Positions 12,486-23,597 are shown, counted from the first letter of the whole stretch. The stretch is 63,221 bases of DNA, filler included, from Olpidium bornovanus S191 (GCA_017911155.1; 23 parts of 23 records of this genome joined end to end with filler, not necessarily neighbours in it), one strand, 5' to 3'. Numbers and translations are program-made. Notes: a model not told the origin generated them from the sequence alone.

Positions 12486-13264
12486 CCCTGCGATCTCCCC
12501 TCGCGGTCGTCGTGACTTTGCTTCCGCGCCGGCTTTTGGTCGTGATCGCCACGCGTGCGCGCAAAAAAAAGAAATTACTGACAATGTGCTTAATATTACT
12601 TTGCCTTACTTCCTTTGTAAGGTTCTTCTGCAGCTGCTTTCTGCAAGGGAAATGTAAGATTGCTTTTACTGTATAAACTTATCTTTGTTTGGTTAGGATA
12701 TTCACAGTAGTACTTTTTGTTTCAGCGGCGGAATGAGCATCTCACCAGGGTACAAAACTCTGCTACACACCTCCAGCCTTGCACATTTATTCCAAGGGGT
12801 TTGGAAGGTTGAAGAATGGATCGTAAGGTGGCATTGACAGATGTGGGTTTCAAGAGGACGAAAAGGCCCGTATCTTTCACAAAGGACCACGAAGAAGAAG
12901 TTACGATGATGGAATTTTTGTGAGTATTGTCATCTGCTTTTTTGTTTCATATTATTTGTATTGACTTTGATCCTTGACTTTTCCTGCAAATTACAGGAAG
13001 CACGACTTTACTATGGCATAGCTGGTTCCCAAATGGAAACACCTCTTTCGGAAAGACCTGCCTATCGCAGAAAGTTCTTGAGCTTAGAAATCTGATTGAT
13101 TTAGAGGGAGGGGTATTTGGAAAACAGCAAATGGTCGTCCTACCTCTACCTGCAACATTTTCTAATAAAAAAATTACCCTGCGGTCTTCCCTCGCGCGCG
13201 TCGTGACTTTGCTTCCGCGCCGACTTTGGTCGTGATCGCCTCGCGCGCGCTCGCGCAAAAAAAA
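12486..13264 (+). repeat. Pair of ~85-bp imperfect direct repeats ending in A-runs, flanking a ~600-bp low-GC segment
   Basis: Copies at about 12486-12570 and 13177-13264 share CCCTGCG.TCT.CCCTCGCG..GTCGTGACTTTGCTTCCGCGCCG.CTTTGGTCGTGATCGCC.CGCG...GCAAAAAAAAG. Confidence 0.8.
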
Positions 13265-13951
13265 GGAGAGAGAAAAAAAAACGCCGTTTTTACAACGTGA
13301 AAAAGAAAAGAAAAAAAATTGCGGCGGCGCCGAAGTCGGGGGTCAGCCGGACAAAAAAAAAAAAACAGCCCCGGCAGCCTCTGCGGGCGCCGAGTATTTT
13401 TCTGCGCTTCGCCCGCGTTCGCCTGGTGACGCTTCTCGTGCCCGAGCCGGGGACGGCGAAGATGCTCCGGTGATGATAACTATACCGCGATCGCAGTGTA
13501 AGGTACGTGCAAACTGTAGTAAAGGATCTCGGAGAGGGGCTTGGGGAAAGTTGCCCACAGGTATCATCGGCTCGATCCCAGAAAAGGCGCTCGCGCCTTG
13601 ATGAAACGCGCCTTCCTGATAATTGCGAGAGGTCCGCGAAGGCGGGCCTGCAGTAAACCTGGAAATTTTTTTCAATTCTGTACTCAGGTGGGACCCCACA
13701 CCTTCATTCTGTCTAGGCTGATTCACAGCAGCTTCCCTCTCCTTCCCGCTTCTCTGGTCGTAAGTACTCTGGCCACAGGAGCCTCCCCTGCTTTACTTCC
13801 TGGCCGGCAGGAGGGGAGCGTGCTGCCAGGCCCTCGTCCCGTTTCCTCATGNNNNNNNNNNNNNNNNNNNNNNNNNNNNNNNNNNNNNNNNNNNNTTAAT
13901 TAATTAANNNNNNNNNNNNNNNNNNNNNNNNNNNNNNNNNNNNNNNNNNNN

Positions 13952-14002
<51 letters not shown>

Positions 14003-14622
14003 AAACAAAAAAGGCCTGTGGTCGCCATCAACAGTATCAGATTGTGCGGCTGGCCTGCATCTGTGAAGAATGCTGTTCACGAAAAAACTCGGCCCGGAAA
14101 AAGAAGGGAGGAGGCGCAAAGGAGGAGAAGGGGGGGGGGGGGGGGGGGGGGGGCGGGGGGGGTGGAAACCTGGCGTGCTGAACCCGGGTTTCCGGGAGGT
14201 TCCGACCTGGGAAGCTCAGGGAACGCCGGACGCGGCGCTCGCGGTTAGGGTTCACCGTGCAGCCCGACCGCAACCCCCTCGCGTTCGAAACAACAACAAA
14301 AAGAAAAATCCGCAGTTTTCTGACGCAGCAGAAACAGAAGACGACAATCAAACGAACTCTGGGACGAGAGAGCCGCCCGGCGCACTGGAGCCAAAACCGC
14401 TTGCAGACCCGACCGACCGCGAAAGTAAAACGTCTTTCCCAGGATCGGGGAGCGAACGTTGTCGGCAGCGACATTCGCGTTGCTCGGCGTCAGCGCCGAC
14501 GGTTGGCGGTGCGGCGGGAATTATCAAGGTCAAATCTTTGAACTGCCCTGTCATTTCGGAGGTGTTATAGTACCCGGGCTATGCATTTCTTTCTTTCTTT
14601 GTTAATCCGAAATCTTCCAGAA

Positions 14623-15021
14623 TCAGGCGTCCTTTAGCATCTGGTTCAGCTTGCCGCTCGCGTCCAGGGCCTTGAGGTCGCTGCAGCCGCCGACGTGCTT
14701 TTTGCCAATGAAGATGTTGGGGACGGTGTTCTGGCTCGTGAACCCTTTGAGATAGTCGTGGATGGGCTTCCCGTTCTCGACGGTGTCCAGCTCGACGGTC
14801 TCGTAGGCCACGCCCTTGGCCCGGAAGATGCCCTTGGATTCCTCGCAGTATGGGCAGTCGGTCTTCGAGAAAACGAGGACCCGGTGGCGGTCCAGGAGGC
14901 CCCTCACGTGTTCGGCGGCGTCGAACTTCCCGCCGCCGGCGGGGGCGTCGTCCGGCTTCTCCTTCTTCTTCGAGAAGTCCACGTAGCAGACGCCGTCCTT
15001 GCAGACCTGCTCGCCGCCCAT
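14623..15021 (-). CDS. GRX: Dithiol glutaredoxin (CPYC), intronless
   Basis: VLVFSKTDCPYC...TVPNIFIGKKHVGGCSDL: CPYC active site with TVP and GG motifs. First ATG at 15021; the frame stays open upstream to at least 15174. Confidence 0.93.
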   Translation of the reverse strand: MGGEQVCKDGVCYVDFSKKKEKPDDAPAGGGKFDAAEHVRGLLDRHRVLVFSKTDCPYCEESKGIFRAKGVAYETVELDTVENGKPIHDYLKGFTSQNTVPNIFIGKKHVGGCSDLKALDASGKLNQMLKDA

Positions 15022-16404
15022 CGCCGCTCCGGAGGTGTGGGCCGAGCGGCGGAGCGCGGGGACCCGAGCCGGAGTCGTCGCGGTAGAGGCGTGGATAAAG
15101 CGCCGGAAGGCGGGGGACGGAGCTGGAGCCGCTCGCGCGCGGCGGAGACGGAGGTTCAGTTCGCGCGACCTCACGCGGGTTTGCGGGGGGGGGGGGGGGG
15201 GGGGGGGGGGGCGGGCGAACGGGGGGGAAAAACCCTCCGCGGATCCCCTTCCCCCCCCCCCCCCGCACGCCCCCAGTGGTGCCCCGGCACGTTAGCCATC
15301 TAAAAAATCCGCCGCTTTAACCTCGCCGCCAATCCCTTCGCGGCGGAGCGCGACGCAGTCCGCCGTTGCCACCCCTCCGCATCCCCAACCCCACCCCTCC
15401 CCCGGCCTCCTCCTGCCACCGGATACGCCTGCCGTCGTCCACTCTTTGACGGAGCGGCGCCCCTTGTGCGGCGGCGGGAGGGCCCTCGTTTTTCGTTCCC
15501 GAGGCCCGGGACCGGGGCCGGCAGAGCTCACCTCGGCAGACGGCGGTCGGGCGGCACGTCACGGTTCGCTTCCCGCGTGCCGCCTGCGGAAGCAGAAAGG
15601 TGTTGACCAGGTAGGCAGAAGTTCGCGTGAAGGAGGAGGAGGTCATTTTTTTTTTTTTCCTTTTTTTTTTTTTTTCCTGTCGCAAGTTGTGAAACCGCGT
15701 GAGGCGCTCTACGGGTCACGTGACCATTTACATTGTTTTTGCCGGGAGGAGCCGGCGTATCCGGCTTTTTCCTCCGCTTTCGGGGCACGAACACTTCCCG
15801 ACGCGGACTCTCGCCCGCCCTCCTGCGCCCCGGACCGCCGTGGAACAGGACGGTGATGCTCGGCTCCGCTCGGCTTGGGCGCGCGAACGGGCTGCGTTGC
15901 GCGCGCGTCGGTCGGGTTCCCCACGGCCGACGGCGTGCCCGGTTCAGACGCCGATCGCAAGTTTCGAACCAGACGGCGTGCGCGTAGCGCCGACTCGCAG
16001 AGTGTGCGATGCAAAGCGGTGGAAATCGAAACAAGCTGTCGTTGGCAGCGGACGGCTACGCTAACCCTGACCCATTCCCTCTTGGCGGGGAGGGGATGGG
16101 AGGGGGGTGTGTGAAAGGGGGTGGTTCGCTGGGATTGCCTGCATTGGCTACATCATCGTAGTAAACGAAGCAGCGGAAGAAGAAGCTAGGCCGGGGTAGT
16201 CGGCATTTGTTTGCGCCAGCGGCCTGGACATAAGTATATTATTAATTATATATAGATTAAGTAATGGAGGGACCCCCTAGCACGGTAAGGCGTTCAGCAT
16301 GCCGNNNNNNNNNNNNNNNNNNNNNNNNNNNNNNNNNNNNNNNNNNNNTTAATTAATTAANNNNNNNNNNNNNNNNNNNNNNNNNNNNNNNNNNNNNNNN
16401 NNNN

Positions 16405-17414
16405 CATGCCTGCAAGAGCTCCGTCTGTGCGACGTCTCCGGCGTCGACGACGAGGCTTTGGAAGTGCTGGCCGCGCTTTTTTCCTCAGGCTCTCTGCGGG
16501 TCCTGGAGCTGGCCAGGCCCGCCAACGGCAGTAACAATACGATCCCGATCACCCCGTTGGCGCTGATGCGGCTGATCACTGCCGTGGGACACGGACTGGA
16601 AGAAATCCAGCTCACGGACTGTGGCACGGCCGTCACCGATGAGGTCGTCGTCGAAGGCGTCGCGCGTCTATGTCCGCGGCTGGTCGAGGTGGGAATCTCA
16701 GGAAGCGAAGGCATTTCTTCTGAAGCTCTCAAACTCTTTTTCACGGTGAACCTGGAGAGCGCCTCCAGGATCCGGACTCTGGAACACGACAGCAGGGTGT
16801 GCAGAACAGGTTTTCAGAGGATCGATTTCTCGAGGCTTGGCTTACCGGCTTCGACGGAGAAGACGGGAGAACGGCTCTTACAGGATGAGCCGGAAGAGGA
16901 CGATGACGATGACGAAGGCGACGGGCGCCGCGCTTGTCGCGCGGCGGAGGGCGTCAACGACGAGGTCCTGGCAGCGCTTTCCTGCCATTCGGGTGGGACG
17001 CTGGTCGAGCTCAACATCAGCGGCGCCGACGGTCTTGTCCACGGGCTCGACGCGCTATTCGATCCGAAAGAGCCGCTGGGCGCGGACAAAAACAAGCCGA
17101 CATTCGTCGTCCCTCCTCCCTCATCCGGCGGCGACACCTCGCGCACAGCGGCGGCGGCGATCCGCAACAAGGTGGAGGCGGGAGACCGCGATCCGGCACT
17201 GCCTGCCCTTCGCATCCTCGACGTTTCGTGGGTCCGGGCCGTCGACGATGCGGCCCTTGACCGTCTCGCCGTGGAGGCCCCTGAGATCCGCGAAATCAGC
17301 GTGTGGGGGTGCCACCGCGTCTCCGATTGCGCCAAGGTGCGGACACGGAGCGGCTTTGCCAAGCTGATCGGTCGCGAGCGCGAGCCCGAGTCTGCTGCCC
17401 TCCAAGGGAGGTGA
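16405..17414 (+). CDS. RAD7: Rad7 LRR nucleotide-excision-repair protein, C-terminal part (5'-partial)
   Basis: RNI-like LRRs (LQELRLCDVSGVDD, LEEIQLTDCGTAVTD, LVELNISG). The C-terminus LRILDVSWVRAVDDAALDRL...IREISVWGCHRVSD...LIGRE matches the Rad7 end (LDLGFVRCVDD...VFGDNLVT...LIGRQ). Confidence 0.75.
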
Positions 17415-17625
17415 ACCGCCGTCACCGCCCCCCCGCTCGACCCTCCAATTGGGACAGGGAATCATTAATGCAAACAAAACAAGAACGGTTTGCTCCAGAT
17501 ACACATAAAAAAATATCCCGCCCAAAATCGTCCCTTCTCATAAGGTTGTTGTGCTTTCTATTCTCGCTTTGATTCGCAGATTCGCACAAGTTTGTTGCTT
17601 GACCACGCTCGCAATTTCCCGTCTT

Positions 17626-17626
17626 C

Positions 17627-17683
<57 letters not shown>
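17626..17683 (+). repeat. (CT)n microsatellite
   Basis: Near-perfect CT dinucleotide run in intergenic DNA. Confidence 0.9.
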
Positions 17684-17685
<2 letters not shown>

Positions 17686-18121
17686 CTCCCTCCTATCTTC
17701 TTTACCCAACGTTTTGCCCCGCTTTGGCCCTATGTCCCGCGTTTTTGCGGCCAGTCTCGCACGACCGAGAAAAGCGGAAAAGGCCGGGCATAACGTCGCT
17801 GAAACCACTTTTTTCGTTTCGTTTCTTTTTTTTCTTCTTCCCGCTGGAATGCTACTCGAGCCACAATATTTCTTGGCTGGAAAGCGTTGGTATTTTGCCG
17901 TGCGGAAGCGTCCGGTTCGGTCGATCGGAAGTCGTAATATTGCTGTCCTCCTTTCTGTCAAAAAGAAGCCAAACTTCGCGGGGTTCCGTGTTTTTTCACG
18001 CATCAGTGCCTGCCAGAAAAAAACGTGACCAAAATAACGGCCGCCAGAGAAGGCAGACACCGAATGCACCGTTTTTCATTTTTTCAATTTTATCGTATTT
18101 TATCTTTTCTCGGCCCCTTCG

Positions 18122-19676
18122 TCACGTAACGTCCGGCTCCGGACGACGGGCCGTGTAGCATTTTTCAAGGTCCAGCTTGTTGTGGTGGTGGTACTTTCCG
18201 TCCTTCGGGCCGAACCACACGTGTCGCGGATTTATGCACTTGCCGGGCTTCACATCCTGCAAGCGGCCTCCCGTTTTTCTCTCGAACTCCTCCGCGGACC
18301 GGGCGGCCCGCTTTATCTCCGCATCGCTCGCGCCGCCCCCGGATGTCGGCCTCCCGCCTGCGTGGTTAACGATCGCGCCGCCGGGTTCGAGGTTCGACTC
18401 CTGGTCGAGCATTCGCATCTCCAGAGGCGTGGGCGGCTTGCGGAGCTCTTCGACGTTTCCGTCCAGCAGCAGGCGGACCGCTTCGAGAAGACCCCTGCGC
18501 CGACTCGCCTCCCAAAGCCGCGCTCGAGGGCCCGCGCGGGCGAGGGCGGCCCGCTCCAAGACTCTTCTGAACGCTGCTGCGCGCTTGGCGACCGTCCCCG
18601 CGGAAACGAGCATCGCCCGGCCGGCCGGGTAGCATAGGTCGCTGTCGCTGACGCCGGGCGCGAGGGTGCTGATCGCGACGGCCACTGCGGCGGCGGCGCA
18701 GCCGCCAGGAAGGTACCCCTCGACCTCGCCGGCCTCGTTCGCGATGCTCAGAACCGAAAGGGCGCGGGCGGACAACAGCCGCCTGTGCCTGTCCTGCTCG
18801 TCGGGCGAGATGCCGTCCGGCAGCGTCCCGCAGCCCTGGACGCACTTGTCCAGCATTTCGGCCGCGCTTGCGAAGCCGCCGGTGATCCGGCACTCCTTCA
18901 AGATTTCTCTCACTTGCTTGTAGACTGCAGCAAAGCGCCAGACCGTCGTGCCCAATAACCTCTGCTCGAGGGGAAGGATGAAAAAAAAGAAGCATTTCGT
19001 CAAAATAAGTAACTCTCGCTACTCGCCGCGTCCGCGCGTGAACGAGCATAACAGTCGAGGGGAGAAATAAAAAAAAACGACAGGCGTACTGCCACTTGTC
19101 TCATTGTCAATGACAACTCCTCTTCCATCGCCACGACGTACGCGCACGCGGCGATTGCCAACGACCGTCTCGGCGTGCGGGCTGGCCTCTTGGACACCAC
19201 GCACTCCCAGAGGAACTTGATGCGGTCGCGCTTCTGAATGAGGTTCAACCCAGAAGATATTTGTCGGATCTCGGCCAATGTCCTTAACTGCGGGGGCAGG
19301 AACGGAGAAACCCGGGGTGAGGCAGAAGGGTTAGAAGCCGAGTTCGTCAGAGCCAGACCAGGGCAAAAAGAAAATAAATAAATAAAGGTCGCCCAAGCCA
19401 AAGCCGTACGTTCTTCATCTCCTGCTCCGAAGGGTGCCCGCGGGCGGTCCCGGACGACGGCACGGTCGTGGCGCTGGCGGGGAGGAACAGACCGCCGTCT
19501 GGTCCGGCGACGAGAGCTCCTTCGCTCAGGACGAGACCGCAGGAAGCGCAGAAGGACTCGTTGCCGTCCGCCGAGGAGGCGGTTTCGGAGCTGCCGCACT
19601 GCTGGCACCGGCTCCGGGCGGACCCTCTGCTGCCTGCAGGAAGAGGGTCCCCTGGAAGCGGCGGCGATGGTCGCAT
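18122..19676 (-). CDS. TFIIB-related factor, BRF2-like (Pol III TFIIIB subunit), apparently complete, 3 exons, roughly 435 aa
   Basis: Zn ribbon RCQQCGSSE...FCASCGLVLSEGALV. Cyclin fold 1: LAEIRQISSGLNL...IAACAYVVAMEEELSLTMRQVA|RLLGTTVWRFAAVYKQVREIL. Cyclin fold 2: RLLSARALSVLSIANEAGEVEGYLPGGCAAAAVAVAISTL. C-terminal ASDAEIKRAARSAEEFER resembles the BRF2 TBP-anchor SDSEIEQYLRTPQE. Splice sites at 19409, 19288 and near 19085/18965 are in frame. Confidence 0.72.
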
Positions 19677-19925
19677 GACCGGAAGCGTGCGCGCGCGGCC
19701 GACTCGGTTTTTTTTTTTTTTTTTTTTTTCCCTTGGGGCCCCTTCAGGGCGGGCCGGGGGGGGGGGGGGGGCCCGGGCGGGGGGGGGGGGGGGGGGGGGC
19801 CTTTTTTCCCCTTCCTTTCCTTCATTTTCTCCCTTTGTTTTGTGTTGGTGTTTTGGGGAGGCGACCGGAGCGGCGCTGAGGCGACCGGAGCGGCGGGGGG
19901 GGGGCCGGGGCGGCGGGGGGGGGGC

Positions 19926-19985
<60 letters not shown>

Positions 19986-20085
19986 NNNNNNNNNNNNNNN
20001 NNNNNNNNNNNNNNNNNNNNNNNNNNNNNTTAATTAATTAANNNNNNNNNNNNNNNNNNNNNNNNNNNNNNNNNNNNNNNNNNNN

Positions 20086-21076
20086 CCATGTTGGTTGGGT
20101 CTTGCAATCCCGCAATAAGTGGCATCGATTGCCGCGCGGGTAGGCGACCGTCAATGGAGCGGCCACCCAGTTCCGGCGGCCCGGTGGTTTGGGACGCCCT
20201 CTTCGCCGACCGGGGCGACCCTGCTGCCGCCCGAGCTTCCGGAACTGCAATGTCGACCGGTTGCCCCTGATATTGCAGAGCACCCTCCTGCAACTGCTGG
20301 TCGTACTGCGCATATACGTCTCGTTCGGCACGCAGCCTCCGTTCGGCGGACCGGTAATGCGCAGCCGAATACCGCGGTGGCCGAAGTTCGGCAGAAGGCG
20401 GCGCGCCACGAAAATTATCCCGGGATTCGATTGCCAAAGGAAGCCCCAGTTTGATCAAAACTCGCCGGTCGTCGTCCGTTACCGGCGGCGATTTGAGGTG
20501 TGGAGACGTTGGAGACCTGGAGCGCGCTCGGGAACGTCGACGGCTGCCTGGGGAAGATCCCGGTGGACCTCCGTCAGATCTTATCGGAGAGCCGGCCGAA
20601 CCCGGTTGGAGGGACGCCCGCCATGTTTGCATATCAAGCGGTAGGCCCGACCGGACCTCGTTGACAAGGCCGCGGGGCGCCCGCTCACCTACGTCGTCCA
20701 AATAATTGCGTTGCGAGCGCCGGAGACGTTTAACGTCGACCGGGGCCGTCTGTCACAACACTCCCTGCAATGCCGGTGACCAACCTTCGACAATTCGTCT
20801 GCTGGAACCACCGGCGGACGCCGACGGATGTTGCCACCGCGGACTGCGGGAAGCGGCCGCCGATGAAACCTCGATCGCCAAATGGGGTGTTTGCAATGCG
20901 TCCGAAACCCGGGGGTGCTGCAGCCCCTGACCATGCTTCCTTTTAGCGCTTCCGCCGGGGGCCGGGGGTCCAAGTCTCACGTCGTCAGCAAGGTCGTCGT
21001 AAGAAGTCGAATGGCGGAACGAGGACCTTTTCCGGTAACCGCGCGCCGCTCGGTCGACGTGGTCAGGCCGGCTCAT
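20086..21076 (-). CDS. Hypothetical low-complexity protein (partial, possibly frameshifted or transposon ORF1-like)
   Basis: Open frame 20701-20086 (MDDVGERAPRGL...RRLRAERDVYAQYDQQLQEGAL...) with a second protein-like frame upstream (20753-21076). No family recognised. Confidence 0.3.
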
Positions 21077-21180
21077 TCTGTTTTGATTCGCCTTTCGACG
21101 AATGCAACGGGTTTACTCCAAAGCGGCCTAAAAATGCAGAACAAAATTGACAGATCGATGTTTCGGCAGCGAGCGAGGGG

Positions 21181-21255
21181 CGTTTAAACCTGACCCCGAC
21201 CCCAGCTCCGCCGTGGGGGCGTTTAGACCTGACCCCGACCCCAGCTCCGCCGTGG
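21181..21255 (+). repeat. Tandem ~38-bp direct repeat
   Basis: CGTTTA(A/G)ACCTGACCCCGACCCCAGCTCCGCCGTGG occurs twice, at about 21181 and 21220. Confidence 0.9.
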
Positions 21256-21565
21256 CCCTGGGGTCTGCCATTCACTCGTTGGACGCCCCGGCACGCGAAA
21301 ACCCGTTGCGACAGATTCCGGTCAGAGACCAAGCAAGTTGCCTAATGCACGCGGCATCACCCGAATTATGCCGTTGGCATGGGAACCGAGGAATAACGGC
21401 GAAATCGAAACTGTTTGGCACCACACTTGGGAACACCACGGCGATTGTTCGACCACGCCGCAAGTCCATTGAGAACAACCAACAGTCAATGCGACTGTTC
21501 GAGCACGCCGCCTGCCCACGGAGAACAAACAACAACACGATGCCAGCGCCGATCTCCGGCGTGAG

Positions 21566-21781
21566 AGGGCACGCTTGCTTACGATTTCGTGGGCTGCCGG
21601 TTTAATTGCGGCGGCGTCACTAATTGCCAGCTGGCCATGTGGGCGAGCAAAAAGGCCCAAATATTCCGAGCCAGCGTGGGAGGGCAAGCTTGCTTACAGT
21701 TGCGTGGGCTGCCGTGTTAATTGCGGTGGCGTCACTAATTTGGCCATGTGGGCGAGCAAATTTGCCTAAATATTCCGAGCC
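21566..21781 (+). repeat. Tandem ~110-bp imperfect direct repeat
   Basis: AGGGCA.GCTTGCTTAC...GTGGGCTGCCG..TTAATTGCGG.GGCGTCACTAATT...TGGCCATGTGGGCGAGCAAA...AAATATTCCGAGCC at 21566-21672 and 21681-21781. Confidence 0.9.
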
Positions 21782-22069
21782 GCGCGGATTGACGCCCATG
21801 GAAGCGCGATTGGGGTCGCGGGTCGCAACCACCTGGGCCCCGAAACGTGGCGTCACTGGCTACGCGGTCGCTGCAGTTTTCAGTTGCGAAACTCTCCAAG
21901 CAAACGCCGGGCGCAANNNNNNNNNNNNNNNNNNNNNNNNNNNNNNNNNNNNNNNNNNNNTTAATTAATTAANNNNNNNNNNNNNNNNNNNNNNNNNNNN
22001 NNNNNNNNNNNNNNNNATCAAAAACATTTCGGGTCTTCCGGGCGTGTGAGGTGTTGGGACCTCTGTGTC

Positions 22070-22960
22070 ATACTCTGTGCCTGAATCTGCGTCAGAATTT
22101 GCTTCTGAATCTGCGTCAGAATTTGCCTCTGAATCCGCATCTGAATTTGCTCTGATTCAGATGAATCTACGTTTGATTCTACATCTGAACTCGAGTCTGA
22201 TTCTGCATCTGAAATCTCCGTCAGCTTGTGAGTCTGAATCTGTGCCAAATTCTGCGTCTGAGTCTGCATCAAATTCTGCCTCTTGATCTATGTCTGATTT
22301 TGCATCCAATCCTGCGTCATATTCTGCATCTGAAACTGCCTCAAGAGTCCCTGTCTGAATCTGCAATGTCAGACTCTACATCTCAGTCTGTGTCAGAATC
22401 TGCTCGTAATTCTATGTCAGAATCTCTGATCAAACAAACAAGCAGAGTCTGACGCATAATGTGACAGATTCTGCTTATGAAGCTACGTCCTGCGTTGCTT
22501 GTTTGTTTGATCAGATTCTGCTTATGAAGTTTCGTCCTGCGTCAGATTCTGCGTCAGAATCTGCATCAGATTTGGCATAGGAGCCTTCGTTTGATTCTGT
22601 GACTGAATCCACGTCAGATTATGCATCTGATTCTGCACCAGATATTGCTTCTGTATCTTAAAAAAACCGCATCTGAGTCTTGTTATTCCGCGTCTGAGTC
22701 TGCATCAGATTCTGCGACTAAATATGAGTCAGATCTGCATCAGGGTCTATGTTGGAACTTTGCGTTGTCAGATTATGCGTCTTGGTCTGCGCCAGACTTT
22801 GCGTCAAAATCTGTGTCGCATTCTGGTATGGAACTCTGCTGGATTCTGCGCCAAAATCTGCTTCTCGATATGCGTTAGAATCTGTGTCTGAATATATGTT
22901 AGATTCTGGTCTGAATCTGCCGGGCAGATTCGGCGCGTGGATCTGCGACTGGTTCTTGCA
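22070..22960 (+). repeat. Degenerate 12-bp-period minisatellite (TCTGAATCTGCG / TCAGAATTTGCT), Ser/Glu/Ala-coding-like but broken
   Basis: About 900 bp of TC(T/A)GA(A/T/G)T(C/T)TGC(G/A/T) units. Short frames read SESASEFA or DADSEANS, but stops interrupt every frame. Confidence 0.88.
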
Positions 22961-23080
22961 AAAGTAGTGCGCCGCTGCCAGCACGATTGCCAAAGAAAGA
23001 CCATCAGTTTGCCCCTTCTATCAATCGGGGTTCGAGGTTCGAGTTCTAGAGAACCGTGGAAGTCGCAACCGACTGGTTCA

Positions 23081-23275
23081 TTACCGGTGGAACGTGGTTA
23101 GGAATCGCGGCCGTTCGGTTCGGAGTTGTTCCAGCTTATTTTCACACTCACCGTTGTACAACTTGGCATGGAGGAAAACAACAAAAAAATGGTAGAACAG
23201 TCCCATCGCACTGACTGATACCACTGCCGCTATGAAGATAGTTTGGAGACCAATGTTGGCCTTATTACGTCGCAT
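23081..23275 (-). CDS. Possible small single-pass membrane protein (64 aa)
   Basis: MRRNKANIGLQTIFIAAVVSVSAMGLFYHFFVVFLHAKLYNGECENKLEQLRTERPRF: basic N-terminus, hydrophobic helix, then a short coiled-coil-like tail. ATG-initiated. Confidence 0.25.
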   Translation of the reverse strand: MRRNKANIGLQTIFIAAVVSVSAMGLFYHFFVVFLHAKLYNGECENKLEQLRTERPRFLTTFHR

Positions 23276-23597
23276 TGACGGTTTCTGAGATTCGCGTCTC
23301 TAATGCGGCCATTTTGTACGTGCATAAAATTCGATTCTCGTGCAGCGTCCCCGATTGGTGGGTTTTCGAACATGTTCAAGAGTCATAGGTCAATCGGACG
23401 TTAACAGGCGGTGGCTCACCGGAACCAAGGGCGGAAGTTGGAGACGCTGCTACACTTTTAACCGCAGAAAGGATGCGACGAAAGTCAGCAAAATTTATAC
23501 CCTCCAATGGCGACATGGGGCGCAAGGGAAAGAGGGAAGAACTGGTGGCAAACTTCCAATGATCAGACTGGTGCGCAAATAAGCCATCGTTTCCCCG

